Of a DNA stretch of 64,000 bases, positions 21,280 through 34,486 are shown in pieces (within the stretch, counting starts at the first letter, position 1; the number at the start of each line of letters is the position of its first letter). Below the pieces are notes generated by a model that was not told the DNA's origin, searched no databases, and saw nothing but the letters and a program-made list of their open reading frames with translations. Source of the stretch: Escherichia coli (GTDB lineage Bacteria > Pseudomonadota > Gammaproteobacteria > Enterobacterales > Enterobacteriaceae); NCBI RefSeq assembly GCF_036507355.1, contig NZ_AP027877.1; one strand, given 5' to 3'. A program made the translations under genes and the position numbers.

Positions 21280-22095
21280 ATGACACCTTTAGTTAAGGAT
21301 ATCATCATGTCTTCAACACGTATGCCAGCATTGTTTTTAGGTCACGGTAGTCCGATGAACGTGCTGGAAGATAATTTGTATACCCGCAGCTGGCAGAAGT
21401 TGGGGATGACATTGCCACGCCCGCAAGCGATTGTGGTGGTTTCGGCTCACTGGTTTACCCGTGGAACAGGAGTGACCGCGATGGAGACGCCGCCCACGAT
21501 TCATGACTTTGGTGGCTTCCCGCAGGCGCTATACGATACACATTATCCTGCTCCGGGTTCGCCTGCGCTAGCACAGCGTCTGGTTGAGCTGTTAGCGCCG
21601 ATCCCGGTGACGCTGGATAAAGAAGCCTGGGGCTTTGACCACGGTTCCTGGGGCGTGCTGATTAAGATGTATCCTGACGCGGATATCCCGATGGTGCAGT
21701 TGAGTATCGACAGTAGCAAACCTGCCGCCTGGCATTTCGAAATGGGGCGCAAACTCGCGGCGCTGCGAGATGAAGGAATAATGTTGGTCGCCAGCGGTAA
21801 CGTGGTGCATAACCTGCGCACAGTGAAGTGGCACGGTGATAGTTCACCGTATCCGTGGGCGACGTCGTTTAATGAGTATGTGAAAGCGAATCTGACGTGG
21901 CAAGGGCCGGTAGAGCAGCATCCTCTGGTGAATTATCTCGACCATGAAGGTGGCGCGTTATCGAACCCAACGCCAGAGCACTATCTGCCGTTGTTGTATG
22001 TGTTAGGTGCGTGGGATGGGCAGGAGCCAATTACCATTCCGGTCGATGGTATAGAAATGGGCAGTTTAAGTATGCTGTCGGTGCAGATAGGTTAA
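21280..22095 (+). CDS. ygiD: Extradiol ring-cleavage dioxygenase family protein (DOPA 4,5-dioxygenase-like)
   Basis: 271-aa ORF; alternative start ATG 21307 (MSSTRMPALFLGHGSPMN) would give 262 aa. Confidence 0.85.
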   Translation: MTPLVKDIIMSSTRMPALFLGHGSPMNVLEDNLYTRSWQKLGMTLPRPQAIVVVSAHWFTRGTGVTAMETPPTIHDFGGFPQALYDTHYPAPGSPALAQRLVELLAPIPVTLDKEAWGFDHGSWGVLIKMYPDADIPMVQLSIDSSKPAAWHFEMGRKLAALRDEGIMLVASGNVVHNLRTVKWHGDSSPYPWATSFNEYVKANLTWQGPVEQHPLVNYLDHEGGALSNPTPEHYLPLLYVLGAWDGQEPITIPVDGIEMGSLSMLSVQIG

Positions 22096-22132
22096 CAATT
22101 ACCGGATGGCGAATGCCATCCGGCATCATTGA

Positions 22133-23293
22133 TTACTCAACAAAAATATGTGGATAAAACCGAGACATATCCTGGGTGATCAATGCACGGTCTTCACGAA
22201 TGCCAATTCCGGCGGGTTGATCGTTCACCAGCCAGCTACCAATCAGCATATAGCTGTCGCCGAATTTCGGTAACGGGTGGAATTGCTGAACAATCATCCC
22301 TTCTTCGCCATACGGACCTTCCGCTGCTTCAATGGTTTTGCCGTTTTCAATGATCGACACGTTTGCGCCTTCACGGGAGAAGATCGGTTTAACCACATAT
22401 TTTTCCATTTGCGGATGATCATCTTCCGCAAAATAAGCGGGCAGCAGGTTCGGGTGATTCGGGAACATCTCCCACAGTAGCGGTAGAAGTGCCTTGTTGG
22501 AGATAATGCTCTTCCACGCCGGTTCCAGCCAGCGTACGCCTGCATCCTCCAGCTTGGTGGAAAACATCTCACGCAACATAAATTCCCACGGATACAGCTT
22601 GAACAGGTTGGAAATTACCTGATCCTGTAAATCCGTGAACTGACCTTTTTCACCTAACCCGATATCGTCAATGTAGAGGAACTCGGTAGCGATTTCAGCT
22701 TCCGTCGCGCAGTCCTGCAAATACTGAATGGTTCCGCGATCTTCCACCGTGTCGCGACAGCAGGTGAGATGCAGCAACTGGAAGCCATACTGTTCACGCA
22801 GCTCAACGAAGCGATCGATCAGTTTTTCTTGCAGACTGTTAAACTGGTCGCTGCCCTCCGGCAAGTTACCGGCGTTAAGCTGATCTTCCAGCCAGATCCA
22901 CTGAAAGAACGCCGCCTCGTATAGTGACGTTGGCGTATCGGCGTTATTTTCCAGAAGTTTAGGTTCGCCAGTGCCATCCCACGCCAGATCAAGACGCGAA
23001 TAAAGCGATGGCTGGTGCGTCAGCCATGACTGGCGCACAAAACTCCAGGTGTGTTTTGGAATGCGGAATTTGGTCATCAGCTCATCGCTGGCGATCACTT
23101 TTTCCACCACTTTCAGGCACATCTGGTGCAGTTCGGCGGTGACTTCTTCCAGCTTTTCAACCTGGGCGAGGGTCAACTTGTAGTAAGCATCTTCACACCA
23201 GTACGGCTCGCCGTACATGGTGTGAAAATTGAAACCGTATTCGTGGGCTTTCTCACGCCAGTCCGGGCGCTCGGTAATACTGACTCTTTCCAT
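22133..23293 (-). CDS. ygiC: Glutathionylspermidine synthase-like ATP-grasp protein
   Basis: 386 aa, homologous to the Gss synthetase domain. Confidence 0.88.
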
Positions 23294-23298
23294 CGGTA

Positions 23299-23970
23299 TC
23301 AGCCACCCATTGAACGAGAAGAGGTGCCGGTTGCGCTACGCTGCATAGTGCTTTGTTTGGCAACAGATTCACCAAAACCGCCACGGGTAATGGTAGTGGT
23401 GGTCGCCGGTTTTGGTGCCATTGCCGTCTTCGGTACGGTCATGGTGCGGCCTGGCTGGGCTGCGCCATAGTTTTTACCCGTCGCGTCGGTATATTTACCG
23501 TAAGCCGGACTGGCTGGGTTTTTCGAGGAGAACAGCGGCTGCTGTGCAAATCCCGCGCCGCCGCCCATCAGACGCCCCATCATGTAACCGGCCATCAGCG
23601 GCATCCAGAAACTCCCGCTGGATTGCTGAGCCTGCGCCTGGTTTTCTGGTGCCATGCCAGCCTGGGCTGGTGCTTGCTGGCACTGACCTTCACCAAATTC
23701 AGCAACACAGTCTTCACGGGTGGCGTATTTCGGCGCAGTACGTTCGGCTTCCTTCAGCGCATTGTTGTACGCGGTGGTACATTCGGCGCTTTTGCCTGGG
23801 TTTGCAGCTGAACAGTCGTCAGCATTTTGATAGAGAGACACTGTTTCATCACTCTTTTCACAGCCAGCCAGCATAAAAACAGTGGCAACCGCGAGAGCGA
23901 CTGGTGTCAGATGGCGTGCGCTCCAGTTTTTGCGGAACGATGCGTGGCGTATGGATTTTGTCCGTTTCAT
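23299..23970 (-). CDS. ygiB: DUF1190 lipoprotein-like protein
   Basis: ORF 23299..24003; start at ATG 23970 ([15 protein letters not shown]...); adjacent to ygiC. Confidence 0.85.
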
Positions 23971-24117
23971 TTTTGTCTTCCGGGACCAGTGGTAAATACC
24001 CATCAGAATAGAGGATGGCTGGTCGAAATTGAAGCGAGAAGGGGGAAGAATGCGGCAGATAACCCGTATCTTTACGTTGCCTTACGTTCAGACGGGGCCG
24101 AAGCCCCGTCGTCGTCA

Positions 24118-25599
24118 TCAGTTACGGAAAGGGTTATGACCGTTACTGGTGGTAGTGCGTGCGGATGTTTGCTGAACGACGGGTGCCGGGCTATCAGGCG
24201 CATAACCATCAGCAATAGCATTCTGTTCCGGCGTTTGCGGGGCAACGTTTTCCGGATTAGTGGAAACCGGTTTGCTCAGCGCATTGTTCAGTGCCAGCAG
24301 ATCCTGCTCGTTCAACGTACCCAGGGCTGACTTAATATTCAGCTGATTAATCAGGTAGTTATAACGCGCATTCGCCAGCTCTTGCTTGGCGTTGTACAGC
24401 GTGGTGGTCGCATCCAACACATCAACAATGGTACGCGTACCGACCGAGTAGCCCGCTTCCATCGCGTCTAATGAGCTTTGAGCGGAAACTACGGCTTGTT
24501 TGTAGGCGTTAATACTACTGATAGAAGCATTAATGTTGTTGAAGGAGGAACGTACGGTTTGCACGACGCTACGATGCGCGCTTTCCAGTTGCTCGCTGGC
24601 ACCAACAAAGTTGTACTGTGCCTGTTTCACCTGCGAGTTAACCATTCCGCCCTGATAAATCGGCAGCGAGAAGCTCAGGCCAACTTTGTTCTGGCCCATA
24701 TTGCTATCGTCATACTGGGTACCAGCGGCACCACGGGTTTTCGAACCGCTATAAGAGGTGTCAGAAATCCCGGTAGAAGCCGTTAAATCCAGCGTCGGTA
24801 AGTGACCATCCTGCGCCTGGCGAATTTGCTCGCGCGCCAGGTCCTGGCTCAAGCGTGCCTGTAACAGCGACAGGTTGCGTTTTTCGGCTTCTTTCAGCAG
24901 CGCGTTAACCGGCTGTGGTTTGTCGGTTTTAAAGTTTTCGACATTCAGCGCCGCCAGTTCCGGATAGTAGTTACCGGTGATCTGGCGCAGCTGCTCTACC
25001 GCGTTATCAAGGTTATTACGTGCGGTCACTTCGTTCGCCAGCACGGTATCGTACTGCGCGCGGGCGTTCTGCACGTCGGTGATCGCTACCAGGCCCACGT
25101 TAAAACGTTGGGTGGTTTGATCTAATTGACGGTAGATCGCTTCTTTTTGTGCCTGTGTATAGGAAAGAACGTCAATAGCATTCAACACGTTGAAATAAGC
25201 GGTCGCGGTGTTGAGGATCAAGGTTTGCTGATCGGTCTGATATGTGACGTCCTGAATCCCTGCTGCTTTTTCCTGCAGCGTTAACGCACGCCATTTCGAC
25301 ATATCAAAAATGGATTGAGTTAACTGCAGGGACGCACTGGTCGCGTTAGAGTTGATGCCGTTCGCGTCGCGGTAGCCGTTGCTATAGGTGTAATCTGCAC
25401 CTAAACCTAGCTGTGGCAGTAATGGACTGCGCGCTTCATTAATTTTTTCAAAGGCAGCATCACGATCGGCGGCAGACTTACGCAATTCCGGGTTACTAAG
25501 GCGTGCTTGCTGATAAACTTGCATCAGGTTCTCGGCCTGGCTCAACGAACTGAACCCAGAAAGGCTCAGGCCGATAAGAATGGGGAGCAATTTCTTCAT
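24118..25599 (-). CDS. tolC: Outer membrane efflux channel TolC
   Basis: ORF 24118..25638; start at ATG 25599 (MKKLLPILIGLSLSGFSSLSQAENLMQVYQQA..., 493 aa). Confidence 0.95.
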   Translation of the reverse strand: MKKLLPILIGLSLSGFSSLSQAENLMQVYQQARLSNPELRKSAADRDAAFEKINEARSPLLPQLGLGADYTYSNGYRDANGINSNATSASLQLTQSIFDMSKWRALTLQEKAAGIQDVTYQTDQQTLILNTATAYFNVLNAIDVLSYTQAQKEAIYRQLDQTTQRFNVGLVAITDVQNARAQYDTVLANEVTARNNLDNAVEQLRQITGNYYPELAALNVENFKTDKPQPVNALLKEAEKRNLSLLQARLSQDLAREQIRQAQDGHLPTLDLTASTGISDTSYSGSKTRGAAGTQYDDSNMGQNKVGLSFSLPIYQGGMVNSQVKQAQYNFVGASEQLESAHRSVVQTVRSSFNNINASISSINAYKQAVVSAQSSLDAMEAGYSVGTRTIVDVLDATTTLYNAKQELANARYNYLINQLNIKSALGTLNEQDLLALNNALSKPVSTNPENVAPQTPEQNAIADGYAPDSPAPVVQQTSARTTTSNGHNPFRN

Positions 25600-25803
25600 T
25601 TGCATTCCTTGTGGTGAAGCAGTATTTAGCGCGATCAAACTGTAAAATTATTGCGGATTCTAGCAGAAGCCGCTACCGCAAAAGGTTGGCGTTACGTGCC
25701 ATAGGGCGTTAATGTGCCTCAATTTAACACATGACTGCTCAAACGGCAGTCAAACGTCGCTGAAATTCACATTTAATTCACTATTAGTGCCAGGACATTA
25801 ACA

Positions 25804-26433
25804 ATGCTTAAGCCAGACAACCTGCCCGTTACATTTGGCAAAAACGATGTAGAAATTATTGCACGAGAAACACTTTATCGCGGCTTTTTTTCATTAGATC
25901 TTTATAGATTTCGTCATCGTCTATTCAACGGGCAAATGAGTCATGAGGTACGGCGGGAAATTTTTGAGCGCGGTCACGCCGCAGTCTTGCTACCCTTTGA
26001 CCCAGTGCGTGATGAAGTTGTGCTGATTGAGCAGATTCGAATTGCCGCGTACGACACTAGCGAAACCCCCTGGCTACTGGAGATGGTTGCCGGGATGATT
26101 GAAGAGGGTGAAAGTGTGGAAGATGTTGCCCGTCGCGAAGCGATTGAAGAGGCGGGGCTGATAGTCAAACGGACCAAACCGGTGTTAAGTTTCTTGGCAA
26201 GCCCGGGGGGCACCAGTGAGCGTTCGTCAATTATGGTGGGCGAAGTGGACGCCACGACCGCAAGCGGTATTCACGGTCTGGCTGATGAAAACGAAGATAT
26301 TCGCGTTCATGTGGTAAGCCGGGAACAGGCATACCAGTGGGTAGAAGAGGGGAAAATCGACAACGCAGCGTCGGTCATCGCTTTGCAATGGCTGCAGCTG
26401 CATCATCAAGCGTTAAAAAATGAGTGGGCATAA
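25804..26433 (+). CDS. nudF: ADP-ribose pyrophosphatase (Nudix)
   Basis: 209 aa with Nudix box ([22 protein letters not shown]). Confidence 0.92.
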
Positions 26434-26856
26434 ATGAAGCGTTACACACCTGACTTTCCTGAAATGATGCGCCTGTGCGAGATGAACTTTTCACAATTGC
26501 GCCGTTTGTTACCGCGCAATGACGCACCCGGCGAAACTGTAAGCTATCAGGTGGCAAACGCACAATATCGGCTGACGATTGTGGAATCGACCCGATACAC
26601 TACCCTGGTGACAATAGAACAGACTGCGCCCGCGATCAGTTACTGGAGCCTTCCGTCAATGACGGTGCGTCTGTATCATGACGCGATGGTGGCTGAAGTG
26701 TGTTCAAGCCAGCAGATTTTTCGCTTCAAAGCGCGGTATGATTATCCTAATAAAAAGTTGCATCAACGCGACGAAAAGCATCAAATTAACCAGTTTTTAG
26801 CGGACTGGTTGCGATACTGTTTAGCACATGGAGCGATGGCGATTCCGGTTTACTAG
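26434..26856 (+). CDS. yqiB: DUF1249 family protein
   Basis: 140-aa ORF starting immediately after the nudF stop. Confidence 0.85.
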
Positions 26857-26880
26857 CGTCGTGAAACCTAAGGACACCAT

Positions 26881-27708
26881 TTGGAAAGCCTGTTAACCCT
26901 TCCTCTGGCTGGTGAGGCCAGAGTCAGGATTTTACAAATTACCGATACTCACCTGTTTGCACAAAAGCACGAAGCCCTGTTAGGGGTAAACACCTGGGAA
27001 AGCTACCAGGCGGTGCTGGAGGCGATTCGTCCACACCAGCACGAATTCGACCTGATTGTCGCGACAGGTGATTTAGCGCAGGATCAATCCTCTGCGGCCT
27101 ATCAGCATTTCGCTGAAGGCATCGCAAGTTTTCGTGCGCCCTGCGTCTGGCTGCCGGGCAACCACGATTTCCAGCCCGCGATGTACAGCGCGTTACAGGA
27201 TGCGGGTATCTCCCCGGCGAAGCGGGTATTTATTGGTGAGCAATGGCAAATCCTATTGCTGGATAGCCAGGTGTTTGGCGTGCCGCACGGTGAGCTAAGC
27301 GAGTTTCAGCTTGAGTGGCTGGAACGTAAACTGGCTGATGCGCCAGAGCGCCATACGTTGCTGCTGCTGCATCATCATCCGCTACCTGCGGGTTGTAGTT
27401 GGCTTGATCAACACAGCCTGCGTAACGCGGGCGAACTGGATACCGTGCTGGCGAAGTTTCCGCACGTCAAATACTTGCTGTGCGGTCATATTCATCAGGA
27501 GCTGGATCTCGACTGGAACGGTCGCCGCCTGCTGGCAACGCCGTCGACCTGTGTGCAGTTTAAGCCGCACTGTTCCAACTTTACGCTGGATACTATCGCG
27601 CCCGGCTGGCGTACTCTCGAGTTACATGCTGATGGCACGCTGACCACCGAGGTGCATCGCCTGGCGGACACACGTTTCCAACCTGATACCGCTTCAGAAG
27701 GCTACTGA
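26881..27708 (+). CDS. cpdA: 3',5'-cyclic AMP phosphodiesterase (calcineurin-like metallophosphoesterase)
   Basis: 275 aa; motifs TGDLAQD, GNHD, CGHIH. Confidence 0.92.
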   Translation: MESLLTLPLAGEARVRILQITDTHLFAQKHEALLGVNTWESYQAVLEAIRPHQHEFDLIVATGDLAQDQSSAAYQHFAEGIASFRAPCVWLPGNHDFQPAMYSALQDAGISPAKRVFIGEQWQILLLDSQVFGVPHGELSEFQLEWLERKLADAPERHTLLLLHHHPLPAGCSWLDQHSLRNAGELDTVLAKFPHVKYLLCGHIHQELDLDWNGRRLLATPSTCVQFKPHCSNFTLDTIAPGWRTLELHADGTLTTEVHRLADTRFQPDTASEGY

Positions 27709-28289
27709 TGTCTACGCTTCTTTATTTACACGGTTTCAACAGCTCGCCGCGCTCTGCAAAAGCGAGCTTGTTAAAAAACTGGCTGGCGGAACATCACCCT
27801 GACGTTGAGATGATCATTCCGCAGTTGCCGCCGTATCCTTCCGACGCGGCAGAGCTGCTGGAATCCATTGTCCTGGAACATGGCGGCGATTCGCTGGGTA
27901 TTGTCGGTTCGTCACTGGGGGGATATTACGCCACCTGGTTGTCACAATGTTTTATGCTGCCCGCAGTGGTGGTAAACCCGGCTGTGCGCCCGTTTGAACT
28001 GCTGACGGACTATCTCGGTCAGAACGAGAACCCCTACACCGGGCAGCAATATGTGCTAGAGTCACGCCATATTTACGATCTTAAAGTCATGCAGATTGAC
28101 CCGCTGGAAGCGCCGGATTTGATCTGGCTGCTGCAACAGACGGGAGATGAAGTGCTGGATTACCGCCAGGCGGTGGCGTACTACGCTTCCTGCCGCCAGA
28201 CTGTCATAGAAGGCGGCAACCACGCATTCACGGGCTTCGAAGATTATTTCAACCCGATCGTCGATTTTCTTGGTCTGCACCATCTCTGA
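27708..28289 (+). CDS. yqiA: Esterase YqiA (alpha/beta hydrolase)
   Basis: 193 aa, GSSLGG nucleophile elbow; ATG overlaps cpdA stop (TGATG). Confidence 0.9.
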   Translation: MSTLLYLHGFNSSPRSAKASLLKNWLAEHHPDVEMIIPQLPPYPSDAAELLESIVLEHGGDSLGIVGSSLGGYYATWLSQCFMLPAVVVNPAVRPFELLTDYLGQNENPYTGQQYVLESRHIYDLKVMQIDPLEAPDLIWLLQQTGDEVLDYRQAVAYYASCRQTVIEGGNHAFTGFEDYFNPIVDFLGLHHL

Positions 28290-28314
28290 CGATCAACTCG
28301 AATTGCTAACTTAA

Positions 28315-30210
<1,896 letters not shown>

Positions 30211-30257
30211 AGGAAAGAACATTGCCCGGTCAGGATGGCCGGGCAAACAAGGCAGGT

Positions 30258-30572
30258 TTAAATCCCCGGTTGCAGGATGCGGATATTCATCTCCAGCACG
30301 TCACCTTTTACGGCTTCGCTATACGCCTTCATGTGCGGGGTTTGCAGATGCGCTTCAAGGTGCGCGATGCTTTCCCACTGCTCAATCATCACGATAGAAT
30401 CCGGTGCCATAGACTGGAAACTCACGCCAGCAGCGCAATCCACCATTGGCGCATAGCCGTGGCAACCTTCTTCTTTCAGTACGGTTGGAACGATTTTAGC
30501 AAACTGATCCAATACCGCTTGACGGTGATGTTGACCAGGACGAGTACGGATTTCTGCGATTACGGTAAGCAT
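30258..30572 (-). CDS. ygiN: Quinol monooxygenase (ABM family)
   Basis: 104 aa, MLTVIAEIRTRPGQHHRQAVL... Confidence 0.88.
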   Translation of the reverse strand: MLTVIAEIRTRPGQHHRQAVLDQFAKIVPTVLKEEGCHGYAPMVDCAAGVSFQSMAPDSIVMIEQWESIAHLEAHLQTPHMKAYSEAVKGDVLEMNIRILQPGI

Positions 30573-30602
30573 GGTTAACTCCTTCTAAAGCCTGAGCTCT
30601 AG

Positions 30603-31184
30603 TTAACCAAAAATTTCCACAAGATGCTTGCGATATTCTTCAGTATAGCGGGGAACATCAGGCATTTTTATCACGTCATTAGCGATAAATGTCGGCAGCG
30701 GTTCCATACCGAGGAATTGGTTTGCTTTATGGAACGGCAGATACACACCGTCGACGCCAACGCCGTGGAAGAATTGATCTTTTTCGGTGAAGGCTTCCAT
30801 TGGTGCGTTCCAGGTCAGAGAAAGCATATATTTTTTGCCCTGTACCAGGCCGCCGGAACCGTATTTTTTTGACGGATCTTTGCGGGTACGGCCATCGCTG
30901 GCATACAGCGTCCCATGACCTTCGGTGAATACATCATCAATATATTTTTTCACTGTCCACGGCGCGCCCATCCACCAGCCTGGCATCTGCCAGATCACCA
31001 CATCAGCCCAGAGAAAGTTTTGTACTTCCGCTTTGACATCGTAGTCGCTGTCGGCGCGAACGATGCGAACATCATGCCCGAGGTCGCGCAGTGTGCCATC
31101 CGCGACTTCGGTCAGGGTGTCGTTCAGTTGACCATTGGAGTGGGCGAATTTTTTCGCGCCGTTGATAATCAGGATGTTGCTCAT
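30603..31184 (-). CDS. mdaB: NADPH:quinone oxidoreductase MdaB
   Basis: 193 aa flavodoxin-like fold, MSNILIINGAKKFAHSNGQLN. Confidence 0.9.
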   Translation of the reverse strand: MSNILIINGAKKFAHSNGQLNDTLTEVADGTLRDLGHDVRIVRADSDYDVKAEVQNFLWADVVIWQMPGWWMGAPWTVKKYIDDVFTEGHGTLYASDGRTRKDPSKKYGSGGLVQGKKYMLSLTWNAPMEAFTEKDQFFHGVGVDGVYLPFHKANQFLGMEPLPTFIANDVIKMPDVPRYTEEYRKHLVEIFG

Positions 31185-31293
31185 TTTTTAACCTCAAGGT
31201 GAGACGTTTGCCGACTATAGTACGTCACAGAGCGGTACGGTGAAATTAGCAAAATGTGCAAAGTCTTTTGCGAATTTAGCAAAAGTCTTACCC

Positions 31294-32643
31294 TTACCAG
31301 CTTACTTTCGCCTCAAATCCACCTTGTTCCGCATTCCCAAACTCAACATTCATGCCATGCAGCTTGGCGATTCGCTGGACAATCGATAGCCCAAGTCCAC
31401 TGCCGGTAGCGGTTTGTCCGGGTGGGCGATAGAAGCGTTCGCCAATTCGCGCTAGTGCCTCTGGCGTCACACCGGGGCCGTTATCCCTCACGATGAAATT
31501 ATCGGCATTCAGCGTGACGTCTACCACGCTGCCCTGTGGACTGTAGCGCACGGCGTTATCCAGCAAATTTCGCACCAACAAACTTAGCAATAGCGGTTGC
31601 CCGGTGCGTTTGATGCTGTGGGCATTTAGTGTCAGTCGCACGTCAATTTTCGCCTGCTGCGCCGTGTGGTAAATATCCATCACCGACGATTGCAGGAGAT
31701 CTTCAAGCGGGATCTCCGCGACGTCCTGAAGGTTATCCAGTGAGTCCAGCCGCGATAGCGTGAGCAGTTGATCAACCAGACGAGTAGCGCGATCGATCCC
31801 GGAATGTAATTGGAGCAGTGCTTTTTTCCGCGCCTGCGGATCATCGTCAGAGAGCTGCGCAACTTCGGTTTGCACTTTCAGCGCCGTTAACGGGCTACGA
31901 AGTTCGTGAGCTGCGTCAGAGGTAAAGCGTCGTTCACGAACCATCATCGCATGTGTGCGGGCGAACAGTTGATTTAGCGACTCAACCAGTGGTCGCACTT
32001 CGCTGGGTACGCCAGTCGCGTTTAGTGGTTTTTCCGAGTCAGGGTCACGCATACGTAGTGCCAGCGCCAGTTTGTTCAGCGGCGCGAGTTCACGACCCAG
32101 TAGTACCATCATGATGATTAACATAATCGGCAGTGCGACCAACCACGGGATCAATTGCCCGGCAACAATCGCCAGCGCCATGTCTTCACGGTATTCCCAT
32201 TCCTGACCAACAACGATGCGATATTTGCCATCAGGTGAGGTCATCCAGACAAAACGCCATTGATCTTTATCGCCCACCAGTTGCCCGTCAGCAAAACCTT
32301 CCCGTTGATAGCTATAGGGAATATCTTCTCCGTTATCGCCATCGTTAAGGACCATTCTGCCGTCGTGGGTAAAGATGGCAAAGGTCAGCGCATCGTCATC
32401 AACATGACCGTGTTTTAATTTATTTGGCGTCTGTGCCATGCGATCCGCCGCGTTGATTTCGTTGAGATCGAGCGTACTTAACCGCTTGGCAAACAGCATC
32501 AGTTGGGTGTCGAACAATTCATCGACGTTATCCGTTGTTTGTTTCCAGGCGACAAAGCTGGAAAGCAGCCAGGTCACCGAGGCCAGAATTAAAAAGATTA
32601 GCGTCAGCCTGACGCGCAGACTAAGACGTTGGGTAAATTTCAT
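31294..32643 (-). CDS. qseC: Two-component sensor histidine kinase QseC
   Basis: 449 aa; two TM helices, H-box AHELRSPL, HATPase domain. Confidence 0.92.
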   Translation of the reverse strand: MKFTQRLSLRVRLTLIFLILASVTWLLSSFVAWKQTTDNVDELFDTQLMLFAKRLSTLDLNEINAADRMAQTPNKLKHGHVDDDALTFAIFTHDGRMVLNDGDNGEDIPYSYQREGFADGQLVGDKDQWRFVWMTSPDGKYRIVVGQEWEYREDMALAIVAGQLIPWLVALPIMLIIMMVLLGRELAPLNKLALALRMRDPDSEKPLNATGVPSEVRPLVESLNQLFARTHAMMVRERRFTSDAAHELRSPLTALKVQTEVAQLSDDDPQARKKALLQLHSGIDRATRLVDQLLTLSRLDSLDNLQDVAEIPLEDLLQSSVMDIYHTAQQAKIDVRLTLNAHSIKRTGQPLLLSLLVRNLLDNAVRYSPQGSVVDVTLNADNFIVRDNGPGVTPEALARIGERFYRPPGQTATGSGLGLSIVQRIAKLHGMNVEFGNAEQGGFEAKVSW

Positions 32644-33299
32644 TTCTCACCTAATGTGTAGCCAATACCATGCACGGTACGAATAAAATCACTACCGAGT
32701 TTGCGTCGCAGATGATGCACATGCACTTCAACGGCATTACTGGTGACCTCTTCGTCCCAGGTATACAGTTTCTCTTCAATCAGTTTGCGCGGCAGTACCC
32801 GACCAGCGTTACGCATCAGTAATTCCAGCAGGGCAAATTCTTTTGGTTTCAGTGTTAAGGGTTCGCCAGCCAGCGTGGCGATACGTTTGCCGGGGTCGAG
32901 CATGACGTTACCGTGGCGCAGCTCGTTGCTGGCCTGGCCGTTGGTTCGGCGCATCAGAGCTTCCAGCCTGGCGGCGACTTCTATCAACGCAAAAGGTTTA
33001 CACAGATAATCGTCAGCTCCCAGACGCAGCCCTTCTACACGTTCCTCCAGCGCATCGCGCGCGGTCAGGATCAGTACCGGCTCACGCTGACCTTTTTCTC
33101 GCCATTCGCGCAAAATATCGCGACCATCCATGCCTGGTAAGGTTAAATCCAGGATCACCGCATCATAAGGTGCGCTATAAAGCGCCTCTTTTCCCTGACG
33201 ACCTTGTGTAAACCAGTCGACGCTAAAACCCATTTTACTAAGGCCCGTTTTGATGCCGTCGCCAATCAGCATGTCATCTTCTATCAGTAAAATTCGCAT
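32640..33299 (-). CDS. qseB: Two-component response regulator QseB (OmpR family)
   Basis: 219 aa; receiver domain (MRILLIEDD) plus winged helix; 4-nt overlap with qseC. Confidence 0.92.
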   Translation of the reverse strand: MRILLIEDDMLIGDGIKTGLSKMGFSVDWFTQGRQGKEALYSAPYDAVILDLTLPGMDGRDILREWREKGQREPVLILTARDALEERVEGLRLGADDYLCKPFALIEVAARLEALMRRTNGQASNELRHGNVMLDPGKRIATLAGEPLTLKPKEFALLELLMRNAGRVLPRKLIEEKLYTWDEEVTSNAVEVHVHHLRRKLGSDFIRTVHGIGYTLGEK

Positions 33300-33450
33300 T
33301 TTTTCATCCCTGCGATAACCGTATTTGCTGCCAGTAAACCGTGTTGTAACGCGCTCTGTACAGCACTAAATTTTATTTTTTTCCCTTAAGAAGTTGTTAA
33401 GGACTATCTTGTTAAATGCTCGGAAACAGACATTAAAGGGAGTAATAAAC

Positions 33451-33843
33451 ATGAAAAAATTCGCAGCAGTAATCGCAGTAATGGCCCTGTGCAGCGCACC
33501 GGTGATGGCAGCAGAGCAGGGCGGTTTTTCTGGCCCATCGGCAACGCAAAGTCAGGCCGGAGGATTCCAGGGGCCGAACGGCAGCGTAACGACTGTAGAA
33601 AGCGCAAAATCCCTGCGTGACGACACCTGGGTAACCCTGCGCGGCAATATCGTTGAACGCATCTCTGACGATCTCTACGTGTTCAAAGATGCCAGCGGTA
33701 CTATCAATGTTGATATCGACCACAAACGCTGGAACGGCGTGACGGTGACGCCGAAAGATACGGTTGAGATTCAGGGTGAAGTCGATAAAGACTGGAATTC
33801 TGTTGAAATTGACGTCAAACAGATCCGCAAAGTAAATCCGTAA
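33451..33843 (+). CDS. ygiW: BOF/YgiW family periplasmic OB-fold stress protein
   Basis: ORF 33394..33843; start at ATG 33451 (MKKFAAVIAVMALCSAPVMA signal peptide). Confidence 0.88.
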   Translation: MKKFAAVIAVMALCSAPVMAAEQGGFSGPSATQSQAGGFQGPNGSVTTVESAKSLRDDTWVTLRGNIVERISDDLYVFKDASGTINVDIDHKRWNGVTVTPKDTVEIQGEVDKDWNSVEIDVKQIRKVNP

Positions 33844-33895
33844 TTGTTACCGCTCCCGGGATGCGTTCCCGGGAATAATTTCGCAGGGAGGCAAA

Positions 33896-34378
33896 ATGAC
33901 AAACCTGACACTGGATGTAAACATTATCGATTTCCCATCAATCCCTGTGGCGATGTTGCCGCACCGCTGTAGCCCTGAGTTGCTCAACTACAGTGTGGCG
34001 AAATTTATCATGTGGCGTAAAGAGACGGGGCTTTCTCCTGTTAACCAAAGCCAGACTTTTGGCGTCGCCTGGGACGACCCTGCCACCACCGCACCGGAAG
34101 CGTTTCGCTTTGATATCTGCGGCAGCGTTAGCGAACCGATTCCCGATAATCGTTATGGTGTGAGCAATGGTGAACTTACCGGTGGACGTTATGCCGTGGC
34201 CCGCCACGTTGGCGAGCTGGACGATATTTCACACACGATATGGGGCATTATTCGCCACTGGCTGCCTGCAAGCGGCGAGAAAATGCGTAAAGCACCGATT
34301 CTGTTTCACTACACCAATCTTGCCGAAGGGGTGACGGAGCAGCGACTGGAAACGAATGTTTATGTGCCGTTAGCGTGA
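33896..34378 (+). CDS. ygiV: GyrI-like domain transcriptional regulator
   Basis: 160 aa, AraC-effector/GyrI-like fold. Confidence 0.85.
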   Translation: MTNLTLDVNIIDFPSIPVAMLPHRCSPELLNYSVAKFIMWRKETGLSPVNQSQTFGVAWDDPATTAPEAFRFDICGSVSEPIPDNRYGVSNGELTGGRYAVARHVGELDDISHTIWGIIRHWLPASGEKMRKAPILFHYTNLAEGVTEQRLETNVYVPLA

Positions 34379-34486
34379 TGGGGAATCTTTACCGGAGTGT
34401 GAGCCAAATCACTCGCGATAAGTTTGAGCGAACAATGCCACAGGCGTATTGTTGTTGGGCTTATAATTTCTCCGGTAAGGAATACC

